A DNA stretch of 64,000 nt from Takakia lepidozioides (lineage: Eukaryota > Plantae > Bryophyta), in NCBI GenBank assembly GCA_030704615.1, contig CM060732.1:18972001-19036000 (forward strand), in the 5' to 3' direction. The translations under genes were made by a program, and so were the position numbers. The notes beneath the pieces were generated by a model, which saw only the letters and a program-made list of their open reading frames with translations, was not told the origin of the DNA and ran no database searches. Every line of letters starts with the position of its first letter. Within the stretch, counting starts at the first letter, position 1. This document shows, in pieces, positions 47,387 through 59,374 of the stretch.

Positions 47387-50064
47387 AAGTGATTTCCCCA
47401 GGAACACACGTTTAGGAAAGGGGTGAGCGGGATTTTGAAGGGCAGTCCATACGAAAGAAGCCAGGAAACCAAGGGATGTGCAAGACTTCGTTATTTTTTT
47501 CTTTTGTTTTTTTAAGAAACAGTCAAAGAGAGGGACAGAGTAGCTTGAGTAAGTAGATGCAGTTCTCATTAGCATGTAGATCAGTTAGCATGGAGACAGA
47601 CGGGAGATGGGAGAGACTAAGGGCCCGTTGAACGACTCTCTCACTCACCGCAAACCACGGAGCTACATCGATCCCCAAACCCCCCCCCCTCTCGCAGTTT
47701 CGGCATTCATGCTTTCTTTTATGATATTATAAAATTAAGTACCCCCCTATGTAAGCGTTACGACTTTGTGAGTTTATACTTTCCTTGCAGTTTTTTCAAT
47801 TCGATCAAAAGGGTATGTCCCCTTTCCTTTAACAAAAGTAATACAAAAAATGAACAAAGTCTTATTTAGTTTGTTATTATTATTATTGGTATGTCTCATG
47901 GCACTAATTAGGCTATTAATTTGTTTTCTTCCGAATTCCAAGTAAGTTTCCCACTTGCCTATTTGTGGGTTTGAACCCTATGTTTGCCCTACATATTCTA
48001 TTTCCGTGGAAACATTGGGACCTTACTGCCATGTTTTTGTGCTCATGCAACCATTTTTCTAATGCTTATGTGAGCTGTACGCACTCTCGTGTGCTCTACC
48101 AACCCCATACATCAAACAACTTTCCATCAACAACTAACTTCAGCTATTAGCTAGTTAGTCATAGGTTAACCTATCTGCATTCTTCGTACCTACATGTGTG
48201 AGCATGCCCTTACCGAAAGTCCTTGCACAAGAGGTGAGACTTTGTTGATGGTTGATGCCAAAGAGAGGGCGAAAAACCAGCAAGTCCCAGACCTCATGTG
48301 TCCACACCACTAAACAAGCTCCCCTTCTATAATAGGTTTTTTGGCTTGCCGTTTGTAACAAGTTTGGCCCAGGGATCAAAGTCTAGGATGACTTAAGTTT
48401 TAAGTTTCCAAAGTCAATATATTGTGGTAGTGTCCTACATATATAAAAATTGATTTTTTGATGATCTTGTGTTTTGAAGCCTGTTTTAGTAGAAGCCAGT
48501 GGATTTGAAGATGTACCCAAAACTCTTATATATACGACTCACTGAACTGAAGTCCTCCATTTGGCATGGACTTTGGGTACGTAAGTAAATATACCATTGA
48601 AATTGTCAAAGTAATGGAGACTATTTTTGGGGTCCAGAAATGTATTTCCGGAAAAGAGGCCAATGATCAGGTGCGGAGCATGGAATATATGTTGGTGAAG
48701 TACCCAACAAAGCTTCAAATAACAAGGTATAACATCGGGAGGGTTGGTACTCGCATGATAAGCCCAAGTTCCTTGATCCGCCCATACCGTACAATGGAAT
48801 GGTGTTCGTTTGGTTTGGTAGGTTCTAACTTACTTCTAAGATCCCATATTGGTCCGCTCCGAAGGTATAACAGAAGTAATATGGAATACTACGCTAACAG
48901 TAACTTATGATTTGAACTGAACATCAGCTGGGGAAATTTTGTAGGTCAAAAAAGGAGAGACGATTGGAGCGACCAATAGGGATGCAGGAAAGGGTGCAAT
49001 AGAGCGAAGCAGGAGGGCGATCGCGTGTCCATCCTAGTGTGCACACGAGGCGGGAACCAAAGGCTAGCACCACTTCGCGGCTGGGCCCCCCACCCTGAGA
49101 GGGTATGTAAAGGGAGGGGAGGCTTGCTCTCCCTGGCCTCTCCTGCCTCCAACTTACTACCTACTACTAACTAATCTACATCCACTAAAGGCAAAAATAA
49201 GGAACAGGTACCATGAGAAAAAATTAGATTAGATTTTTTGTGTTTACTTTTTTTTTTGGTTTTTTTGTTTTTTTTGTTTTTTTTTTTGTTTTGGGAGGAA
49301 GCCCTGTAATTTACTTTTCAAAAGGGGAGGAAGCCCTTGAGAGCTTTATTACAATTATTGAAGGGGAAACAATTAAAACCCTTACATGCCCCTTGAAGGC
49401 TGCCATGAGGCCTGATTTAAATTAGATGAGATAATTTATACTTTCATTTATTTTGAATTTTGTTTAATACCACAATTATGGCCCTGTTGGTTAATGAATC
49501 CTGGGCCTTTACTAAGGGTGCCAAAACTGACCACCATTTAATTTTCAAACTTAAACTCTAAAATTTTAAATATACTCTTGAGTCATTTCTTTCTAGTTTG
49601 AACTGTTGCATTTTTAGTATCTTAGACATTATCGAATTATTGATACCCTTCCTGCGGAATCATGATTCCAAGCATGGGGCCGAATGAAAGAGGTGAAGTC
49701 GGATGAATGAGTTCCATGCTAGAAACCGCCAAATAATATTTGATCTGTTTGGTGCACCTGTCCATAAAGGCCGGTGAAAAGGACTCCGTAGTATCCCTCC
49801 AGTCCCACTTTAAACTTTCCCTTTATCATATCAACACAATCACCCCAGAAGTATGAGAGAAACTATCATCCATCCTAAAGTTCATTCATCCATCTCTTTT
49901 CTTCCTAGATCTGCTCAATCATTTGCATGTGGGGCACTGACAGCATAGAGGATGAAAGTTACTCACTCACATGCATGAATGTAGGAGCAACGAGTCATCC
50001 ATCCGCTGCTCGCGCAAAGCGCGGATGACTTTTTAGAAACAGTCCGCGGGCGGTCCGACATATT

Positions 50065-50930
50065 TTGACCTTGGACACCGCGCCTTGCTTGCCAGTCAAT
50101 CTTTTGACTTGCTCCCCTCCATCTTCCTCCCACTTTCAGTTAGTCATCCAACCACTTTCTGTAAAGCTCTGGCATCTCCGCTCTACAGTCGTAACGGATT
50201 TGCTTCCACTATCAACGGGTGCAACTCGGATTCCTCCACCCGCCCACCGCCATGTGGCAGCACGACCTCCCCCCCTCCCGTTGACTGGTATCCTATGCCT
50301 CCCAACTCCCAGTCAATGCTGCCGTCATGGCCTCGTCTCTCTCTCTCTCGTGGGCCCCTCCCGCACTCACACTGAGCGAGCGAGCGAGAGAGAGAGAGAG
50401 AGAGAGAATGTTGGGACTGCCACATTCAATCGTTCATTCATTCCGTCAATGGCACGTAGTACGTACTCTAGTCTCTCTCTCGCTCGATATATATTATACA
50501 TATGTATAAATGAACGCGGACTGATTACTCTCTTCCGACATGCGGCCTCGGAATTCCGCCATTACGACAATTGTCAAGGGCGGGCAGGTGGGCGAACCAA
50601 CTCCGGCTACGCGGAGTCAAGCATCCTTTAATATGGCCTGCCCGGGATGAAGAAGGGGTACGGATTTGCCATCCATCCATGGGATGGGAGCACGATATTT
50701 TGGCCCGATTTTTCAAGAGAGTGATGCGCGTTGGGATTCGAGCCCGCGACCGCCTGGGTGGGGAGGACTGGCCCGCCCCCCCACCGGCGATGCTGGAGTT
50801 GGGGAGAGCCGGGTCAACTATCCGGTGCCGGTATCGTGGGCAGGCCGGGCGGCGCGCGTTCCGGGTCAAAAACATGCCGGGTCGGGATGGCCACGTGTCG
50901 GTGACGCCGCGTGCTTCGCCACCCTTGACC
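50065..50930 (+). promoter_or_regulatory. W-box cluster (9 x TTGACY) with G-box/ABRE and CGCG boxes upstream of the VQ gene
   Basis: TTGACY or its reverse complement at 50065, 50094, 50104, 50281, 50311, 50615, 50812, 50864 and 50925; CCACGTGTC at 50891. Confidence 0.65.
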
Positions 50931-51565
50931 GCGTCACTTCCAGCCTCCTTATGTCTTACTTATTTTTAGAAAAAAGGTAGGTAAAATATATAAACAACTA
51001 AATAAGCAGCTTGGCGGATGGATGAACAGATAAATGGATGAATATATAGGGCTGTTGGATTGAAGAACCACTTTGATCGACGACTTATGCAAGTAATCCG
51101 TCCAGCGGATGAAAGCTGGGTGAGTTAGGATACAGCAGAGAAATGACCGGGTGGATGACGGGTGTGACGAACAAGGCAGGGCGATGGCGTCACCCGGCCC
51201 GGCATCCGATGCTGCAAGGCTCCCCGGTTCCCGCGCGCGCATCGCTCGCCCAATCGCAGGCGTGCATGGGCTCTGGAACGCTGCAGTCTGCACACAGAGA
51301 GAGAGAGAGAGAGAGGGGGGGCGGATTGGGTGGTGTCCGGTGTTGAGTGTTGGCAGAGCTTATTGGGGTGCATTCCGTGTCCGACTCAAAAGGGGGGCAC
51401 TGCGGCTGCGGGTGCCTACTTGCTGGCTTGGATGCCCAGGTTGACGAGCGGGCTTGCATTCTGCCTCTCGTCTGTCTGCCTAGTGTCTGGCATCTTGGTG
51501 TTGGGAGGTGGTGTGTGAGCATCGGGGTTGCACCAATACAGAATGTACTAGCCTTGCATTAGCCG

Positions 51566-51598
<33 letters not shown>

Positions 51599-51624
51599 CA
51601 CCCGAGAAGACATGCAAGAGCAGC

Positions 51625-52776
51625 ATGGAGGGTGCTGGTGCTCTGGTCAGTGCGCCCGTGAGTCTTCCCAATAGCACCGGGCAGACGTATGCAATCCTCG
51701 AGTTTGTAGGCTTTTCGGTGCAGTCTGCCGCGACCGGACCCGAGAAGCTGATGCCAATAGCTGCACGGCCAGACGCGGCCGGAGCTCGATTCGCAATCCA
51801 GTGTAAAGACGCCAGTTTGGGAGCGCCCATCTGTCCTCCAACGCCTCCCGCTCGGCAGCTGGGGAGCTCGCCCGCCCAGGGTCTGGACAGTAGTGGCAGT
51901 GATACGGGTTCGTGTGGCAGCGAGGTTTGCAAGAAGGAGGGGAGCCCGACCGTGAGCAAACCCAGTCGGAAACTGGGGTGTGTCAAAACAACGACGATGA
52001 AGAGAGCTGGTGGTGGAGGTGGTAGTATTGCTGGCGTGCCTCCGCCATTGCCGTCTCCTTCCTCCGCCAAGAGGCAGCCTCCAAGCCCGTCTGGATTAGG
52101 GGCTGGATCGACGACACCCCAAACGGAGAGAGAAAAAGAGCAGATGTTTGCATCGACAACCACGTTCGTCCAGGCCGACACTTCCAGCTTCAGAGAACTG
52201 GTGCAGAAGCTGACAGGGGCATCGGACTCGGACGCCGAGAAATTTCCTATCACGTTACCGTCAAGGCAAGCTGTAAGGGTGGTCGAGACATCGGGGGCAC
52301 AGAAATCATCTGACAACACTTTTGGGGGACTCATCCCGAAGCCTGTGGGGGACTTGGGTGCACGCCGGCCCTCGTTCAAGCTTCACGAGAGAAGACAGTC
52401 AAACATAAGGAAGCTGGATGTGAAGGGGCTTGGAGCGGCCGCAGCGTTCACACGAGGGGTTGCTGGCTATGCTGGTGTGCCTTCCCCACCTTCAGGGGAG
52501 AGACTGTCTCCGATCAACCAGAAGTGTCCGTCTGTGCTGCCGAGCCCTGTGACCCCATTGACAATGGATGTCTTTGAGAAATCATACGCCCCGACAACTC
52601 CCACTTCATACGAGGCCTATGTGAGCGCCAAACACAGTCCCCAACCATCTGATGAAGGAAGAGCAAAGGACGTCACCTTCTTCTTGCACCCGTCTCCGAC
52701 GTTTGAACGCCAGCGTCAACCACAGCTTTTGACGCTCTTTCCTCTTACCTCGCCTCGTGCCTCAGAGACTTCCTAA
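51625..52776 (+). CDS. VQ-motif-containing protein (VQ4/MVQ1-like subgroup), intronless; start codon uncertain
   Basis: TTFVQADTSSFRELVQKLTG (FxxxVQxLTG), FKLHERR, PSPVTPL, FFLHPSP and C-terminal PQLLTLFPLTSP; first in-frame ATG at 51625. Confidence 0.9.
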   Translation: MEGAGALVSAPVSLPNSTGQTYAILEFVGFSVQSAATGPEKLMPIAARPDAAGARFAIQCKDASLGAPICPPTPPARQLGSSPAQGLDSSGSDTGSCGSEVCKKEGSPTVSKPSRKLGCVKTTTMKRAGGGGGSIAGVPPPLPSPSSAKRQPPSPSGLGAGSTTPQTEREKEQMFASTTTFVQADTSSFRELVQKLTGASDSDAEKFPITLPSRQAVRVVETSGAQKSSDNTFGGLIPKPVGDLGARRPSFKLHERRQSNIRKLDVKGLGAAAAFTRGVAGYAGVPSPPSGERLSPINQKCPSVLPSPVTPLTMDVFEKSYAPTTPTSYEAYVSAKHSPQPSDEGRAKDVTFFLHPSPTFERQRQPQLLTLFPLTSPRASETS

Positions 52777-55172
52777 GTCTCAGGTGCTTTTCAAAAGTGA
52801 TGGGACTTGGGGGCAGCATAAGACTGCTTGCAGATTTTTATGCAATTCCCACCTTCCAGCTTTTCCACTAAATCTGCGATGTTGATTGAGGCCAGGTAAC
52901 TGGGGAAGCTACGAATTTTGGGATTTTGCAACAAAGCTTATATCCATCTTCATGCAGAAATTGCAAAGAAGCTCTGCTTTTTCCCATTTTTCTTTTTTTT
53001 TGAAAAAAGTCCGAGCACACAAAACCCACAGATCCAGGAGGTCCGAATCAGAAAGAGTCTTTTGTGGGAGAGGGGTCGACTGGTGTAGGATGATGAGGGG
53101 TGGGCAGAAGGGACTCCCAAGTACTACATGTGAAAAAGGTGGAAGGGATGAGGAGGACCAGGTGGAAAGATCAGAGATGGTGATGGAGGTCACTTGGAGA
53201 GTGGGATAGGCTCAAACCCCTTCCAACATTTTTGGGGTTCTGGCCTCCCAGGACAGCCTTTTGGCCCTTTTATCAGGGGCGTATGCTCAGACAAGTGTGT
53301 TTGCTGTCTCTTGTCATACACCCCTGGCCATGGGGCCGGGCTGCCATACATTATGCCATTTTATGTGAAGAGTGCGTGATCTCAAATGTGAGCTTGGTTA
53401 ACAGGCTTGTGTCTTTGTCACAACTGAAACTGGATGGCCAGAGTTAGAAATTTGTGGATATTAGCTTCACTTTGACAACACTCAGAGGAGTGGTCTCAAG
53501 AGTTTCTCAGTAGCCATTTGCCTTTCTGTAAACACAAGATACTTGATCAAAGAATGCAATATGTTTTCATACTGAGAATCATGTTCCCCTGTTGATAGTG
53601 TTACCCTCCCTTTGTACAGATCTTCTGCATGCCTTTCTGCTGTGAAGGGAATGATGCAAACAAAGTCTCCTTGGTATGCACTCACTCTAGGAGTGAGCTC
53701 TAGTTAATTTTGAAAGTCAGATCAATGTGGAATGCAGATTCTCTTGCAATTCCTTCAGGCCTATTTAATGTCTCAATATATAACTTGCCACCCACTTGCC
53801 TCAGTTAGCAGGCTGTTAAATCATCTCTCTCCTTAATCCCAGTGCTGCAACTTGTTTGTTTAATTCTTACACCCAAGGCCGTTGACAGGGTGTTGACAGG
53901 GGTGGTGGGACAGCGACAGACATACACTTTGCCTTGTGGTTGTTTCTACCATTGTCCAGAGGAAAGATATTGCTCAAGCCCTTTACAATGTACTGGTTTC
54001 ATGATTTTATCTTAAGGAAACGTAGATATGACAAGGCTTGTCCTGAAAACTTGTCCCATGAGGTGAGGGAATTTTCTGCTCTTTGAACTTGGTTTCCCTC
54101 CATGCAAACCCAATCACAAGAGATGCCAGTTGAAAAGCGGACAAGCTCACTGGCCACAAATAAACATTTGGTGCCCATCTGGCGGCATATCCTGATGTGA
54201 CGGGTGATTCAATCAGTTGCACTAAATGCCCAGTGTGTCCTTTGAGACTTCGATACTGAGGACAAGGACAGCCACCGCGGTTCTCCTTCAAACATCAACT
54301 TCACACTCTCGAGAATAAGTTGTTCGTGAGTAACACTGATCTGAACACCTACCCTGCCTAATGTCTTATCAACAGCCTAGCTGTTCTGACAAGCATTTGA
54401 TCAACCACTGCAATACAATTGAAGTGTTATACACAAACACCCACAGTGTTGCCAATTACTACCCAAGCTGGGCTCAAAATGCTCAGAAGGCTAACAGTCT
54501 CTCTTAAGTTTCTGCACCAATGACTTGAAGTTTGGGTGCCTTCCGAGACCTGAGTGGATGGCCATGACTTTGCTTGTAGAAATCGATATTGAAAAATATT
54601 TAGACAAGATTCAGCACGATCTGCTTATTAAGTAAATGGAACCAGTCTTTGATCTAAAGCACCATAAGATCTCATACAAAAGCTACTTGACACGGGCACA
54701 CACAAATGAATATCAAAACAAAATAATGGCACGTACGAGGTGTCTCTCAACCTTCTACACCAACAACTTGTCGTTTGGGCCCGTTTGGGCGCTCACAGAT
54801 ATGCAATTCTCTCCTAAATAGCTACATGCATGGTGAGCAAATGTGGCAAACGTTTTGGGAACATCAAGTCGCAGGATGTCTCCATGGCCACGGCCAATCA
54901 GAGTGCGATCACCAACTGGAAGACCTGCAATATAACTGTTCACGAAAAAAGGTATAATACAAATCCCAATGAAGGGCAGATTCCCTTCACCAAATTGAAG
55001 GGTTAAATCTGTCAGGTTGCCTATGATAACCAGAGTACCTGTGTATCACTGCAATCTGCTAACTCATTCTAGCATTCCAATTTATCTATCAATGGTGCTC
55101 CTTGGCATATTTGAGTGATTGGGCTGTCTCCAACCAAGGAAGCAAAAGAAAGAGTAGGGAGAAAAATGTAGT

Positions 55173-57989
55173 CTAGAAAAAGAACTTCATTCGCGTGTCC
55201 CTCTTCATGGCATCATACACTGCACGCGCCTGCAAAACAACAGGGTTCTCTTGAGAAACTTAACAAAGGTTAAGTGACAGATTCACTAACAAACACTACG
55301 AACTGACAATAATTACTCAAGGCAGAAACTATGTACCTGCTCACCAGAGTTGACAGTAACTGGCCCAATTTTGACCGATACATACTTGCCCTGAGCTGAA
55401 AGCTTTTGACTCACTCCTCCCTGGACATCCCCCATATCCCAGTGTCAAGTTGTGGCTGGCTGACCCTATTAGTCAGGTGTAAATCCGGAGCATGACCACG
55501 TGGCAAGTTAAGGACCTACTTAGTTGAGCATACCCTTATCCTGCAGCCCCCTGCAACACGTTAGGATCCCAGTTGAGTTGGTTATTACAGCACCCCCTTG
55601 GCCAGGAATTGACCTTGGTAAATGAATTTGGTAAATCGGTAAATTCCTAGAGCTACATATTGCCAAAATCAGAATACCAATAAGTAACATGTCCACGTAC
55701 TGCCTTGCTCTGACATTGAGCAGATGTTCTGATTTTTGGTTGAACTGAAGTAAAGCATGGAACGTGGCAAAGTCTCCCACTTGAGAGAAGCACAATAGCC
55801 ATCATTTACCCCGGAGTTTTTTGCACTGTAACTCAGGTGTCAAGCCAGTCGGGTTGCAGCAATAGTTGCAACTTCCTGCGACACATCTAACATGCAGCAT
55901 CCCTTTGCTGGCTGGGCCGGTCTTAATGTGGAAGGGAATACATCTCTACTCGACTAACTTCTGCTATCTACACATGCAATCTCTCTTAGGCAAGGCGTTT
56001 TCCTTGTACCATGAAGTCTGAGTTCTATTGGATACCTCAGGAATCGGACTTTCAAGAACAGACTCCACTGCCCCCACCATAGCTTGCACAAAGTCGTCCC
56101 CTCCATCGCCAATTGCTGTGAAGCTTTGTGCCATGGGATACTTATTGACCTGCCAGTCCCTCCCCAATGAAGGAAAACCATGGCAAGACTAAACCTAAAT
56201 TCTTTGATAACAATACTGTTGATTGCCAGCTCAAGAACTGCTCCATCCCTTTGGTCCCCTCTGAGAATCAGCACACAACTCTCTTCTTCCCAGGTACAAA
56301 AGAAATGGAAATTGACCTTTTGATCTAAGAGATTCCACTCGTCGTCGGAGTTCTCAGATATGGTCCCGCCAATCACCATGTTGGTTGTCTGAGCCACTCT
56401 GCCCTCTGCCCTTGACACCTCTGTAAACACCCACACCATGCAAGCACTTGTGAATTGAAACACTACATAGAGTGAAATCTAGAGTGCTGTTTTCTATCTG
56501 ACAATATTCTAGTTTCCTCCTCTTACTTTAGGTTACTTTTGGTAAATGGTTTTTCACCACTTGGGAGATGACAGCCAATTCATTTGGCAAAGGTGGACAG
56601 CAACCCCTAGAAATCAAATACATTGTTTTGCTTCTTTGTTGGCAGGTCACGTCCACCCCTCAGCATGGAAGTAGCACTGATGAACTCACACCAAGTGCAA
56701 GACTTCGTGTTCCTTATCAGAATTTGAAATCGCGCATTGAGGCATTGTTCTTCCTTCAGGATAACATCTGTCCACCATGAAGGGCACTCATGTCCTTGCA
56801 GGAACATGTCTGCTTGGCTTCAAAGCCTGCCCAGAAACTATGTCAGTTTGAAGAAATGAGGTACCTAGAGTGCTTGGGAATGTCTCTGCTCCAACATGAC
56901 CCAGTGCCTTGTGTACAATCCGATCCAACATATGGTGTGTGAAGAAAATCAATTGCAACTTATGAAAACATGACCATACAACATCTCTTGCACATTAGAT
57001 ATTGGACCGTTCCTGCATTGGACAGGTCCACATTCAATCCAACATCTGAAAACCTAGCCCTTTCTTGGCAGTCCATCAGGTGCATTTCACTGCAAGGTCC
57101 AGTGGTGTGAGACTGTGCACAGCTTTAATCAAAATATACTACAATGAATCCAGTGGTTCTACTCTTTTGAGAGACAGTGATGACAAAGAGAACCTGTTGC
57201 CCTTGCAGGTACGGGCCTGACAGCCGTGGGCTAACTGCATCATATCTCTCTAGTATCCTTCACCGGGACAAAAACTAGGGTGCAAAATGCTCCATGAAAA
57301 CCTTTTTCTTCATACTAACTTTCCACAGCACTTGGTAAAATGTTAACCGTGTTGATTTGGATTGCATTCACGGTATTTCCTGGAGGTGAGTGAGTGGTGG
57401 GTGTTGGCCAGTACAGTGGCAACTCTAATCCATTGTGACATACCAGCGACAACTTTGCCAGCTGACTGTTACAAAGGGTTTACATTTCATTGTGTGTCTG
57501 TGTGTTGGCTTGTGAAAACTAGTGAGGATTTCTTTTTCCATGCATGACTGTGCTTCTTGTTTCTTGATTCCCAAAGCTTTGTCTGACACTTTGCAGTCTT
57601 CCGAATAGACATATGAAAGACAATTGCTAATCATGCACCTAGTGTTCTTGTCCAGGCGGAAAACAGCCCTTGGCCTTCCAGTCTAAAAATTTGGTGTTTT
57701 GGGTTATCTACTGAGAGACAGGGATAGATGCCAGACCTGAAATGGCCTTCAGGACAGCCTCCTGCGGTGGCCTTTGCCCAGAGATATTTCCCCCTCCATC
57801 ACCACCATTGCCATTGGAGCTACAGGCCAGGAACACTGCGCCCATCCGACTGTGCCCACTGCCCACGTGCAACCTCACCATATTGCTCCGCCTGCTAGCC
57901 ACCATGACCGACCCCTGGAGAACTGGATGCTTGGCTGCGACTTTCAGTCGACCGCCCAAGAGGGCCCCGCACGCTGCACCCCCGCCCAT
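55173..57989 (-). CDS. DUF493 (YbeD-like) family protein, likely plastid-targeted; exons 57989-57737, 56420-56317, 56149-56036, 55420-55337, 55229-55173
   Basis: Spliced PPQEAVLKAISEVS..GRVAQTTNMVIGGT..LDQKVNKYP..FTAIG..DFVQAM..GKYVSVKIGP..VYDAMKRD.RMKFF*; all introns GT-AG and phase-compatible. Confidence 0.88.
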
Positions 57990-58869
57990 TGGGTGTCGTC
58001 GTTCCCCGGCGCACCGGTTCTTCCCCTCCCTCTGCTTGTGATGGTGGATACTTCGTGAAGCTTGTCTTGGCAAGCGATGGAGCACTGGGTGATAAAGAGA
58101 CACAGACAGAAGAGAGGGCGGTGTGGGAGAGGCAGTCGCTTACAAAAGGTGCGTTGGGTGGCTCTTAATTTCAATCCATGAGAACAAACCCACAAGATGT
58201 TTTCGCTTGGCGCTTGACCACTCCAATAAAGAGAGAGCGCGAGGTTGTGAGCTGTGAGGGGCAAAGCAAGAAGAGAAAATCAAAAGGATATGTTGTAGTT
58301 ACTAGTCTCAGGGGAGGGAGTGCTAGTGATGCATGTTTAGCACATAGATTGGATAACATATCACGGGGTTAACAGAACCGAGCCCAAGATACTCGGTTCT
58401 ATCAGCCATGGCCAAAGGTGTAGAAGCTTCTGGCTTGTCACGTTTAGGCTGTAGCAACCGTTCGATGTATGCGCGGATGGTGTTGAGCCATTTGTACTGG
58501 AGGGATTGCGTGAAATCCATACGGCTTTGAATCTCTTCGAGCCGGTATGGGGTCCCACAATGACCTAGATTCTTGCCATCGCACTCCAAGTTCTTGGAAA
58601 ACTTTTTCTTTTGTTGGACCGTCGACTTTCCTCTTCTGTCTTGGAAAGTCTAAAGTGATTTTACATGAAGCTCTTCTGTGTACTACTTTTTCAACGAGAC
58701 AGTGGATCCACTGCTACAGTGTTAACTGTCCAAGTGCAACCCATTGTCTTTCTCAGTGAGAGAAACAATCGGGTGCAGTTATAGAGCTTGACAAAGTTGC
58801 AAAGAAAGCAAACATGGAAGGGATGCTCGCTATGATTTCTTCAGATTCTTAAGATTTGCTTGGTACAAC

Positions 58870-59075
58870 CCACTGACTTATGGGGTAACTTCACCTTGGA
58901 TTGCTACTTTCCTTTGGAAGGCAGACACCTTTTAACTGCAGTAGGCAATGTGCGAGGAGTGGGTTGTTTCAGTACCCCTTTTTCCTCCACAAAGCTACAT
59001 TGTTCCTATCCATCATACACCTACGTGGCTTTGAACCCACGACCACTTGTAAGCCCTAGCCACTGGGCCATCTGT
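58870..59075 (-). mobile_element. Possible tRNA-derived SINE
   Basis: Minus strand A box TGGCCCAGTGG and B box GGTTCAAAGCC at ~59028-59070; 3' extent uncertain. Confidence 0.4.
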
Positions 59076-59374
59076 TTCATAATGTGCCACCTGTCGAAAA
59101 ATCGGAACATCCAAGCCTATCCAGAAAGTTGTAGTAGACACTGTCCCCATTCTCTGCCCCTTACCACCCATCCTCTACATTCTCACCCATCTAGAAATGC
59201 TGATACAGTGCGAGTAAATTCTTCCAAGCTGGAATCGTAGACTAGTGAAATATGACCACAAGAACTTCAAGTAGAGGACCAGCTGGAATTCATCAGCCTT
59301 TAGAAAATCTCAGAAAGCGCATTGCATGCCATCGAAACATCCATCAAAACATCTGCTATGGCTGCACAGTACCT

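Noticed and set aside
50065-52379. Overlapping or antisense ORFs around the VQ gene (e.g. 51480-52379 -, 50065-50631 +)
   Set aside because: By-products of GC-rich sequence and (GA)n microsatellites; no protein motifs.
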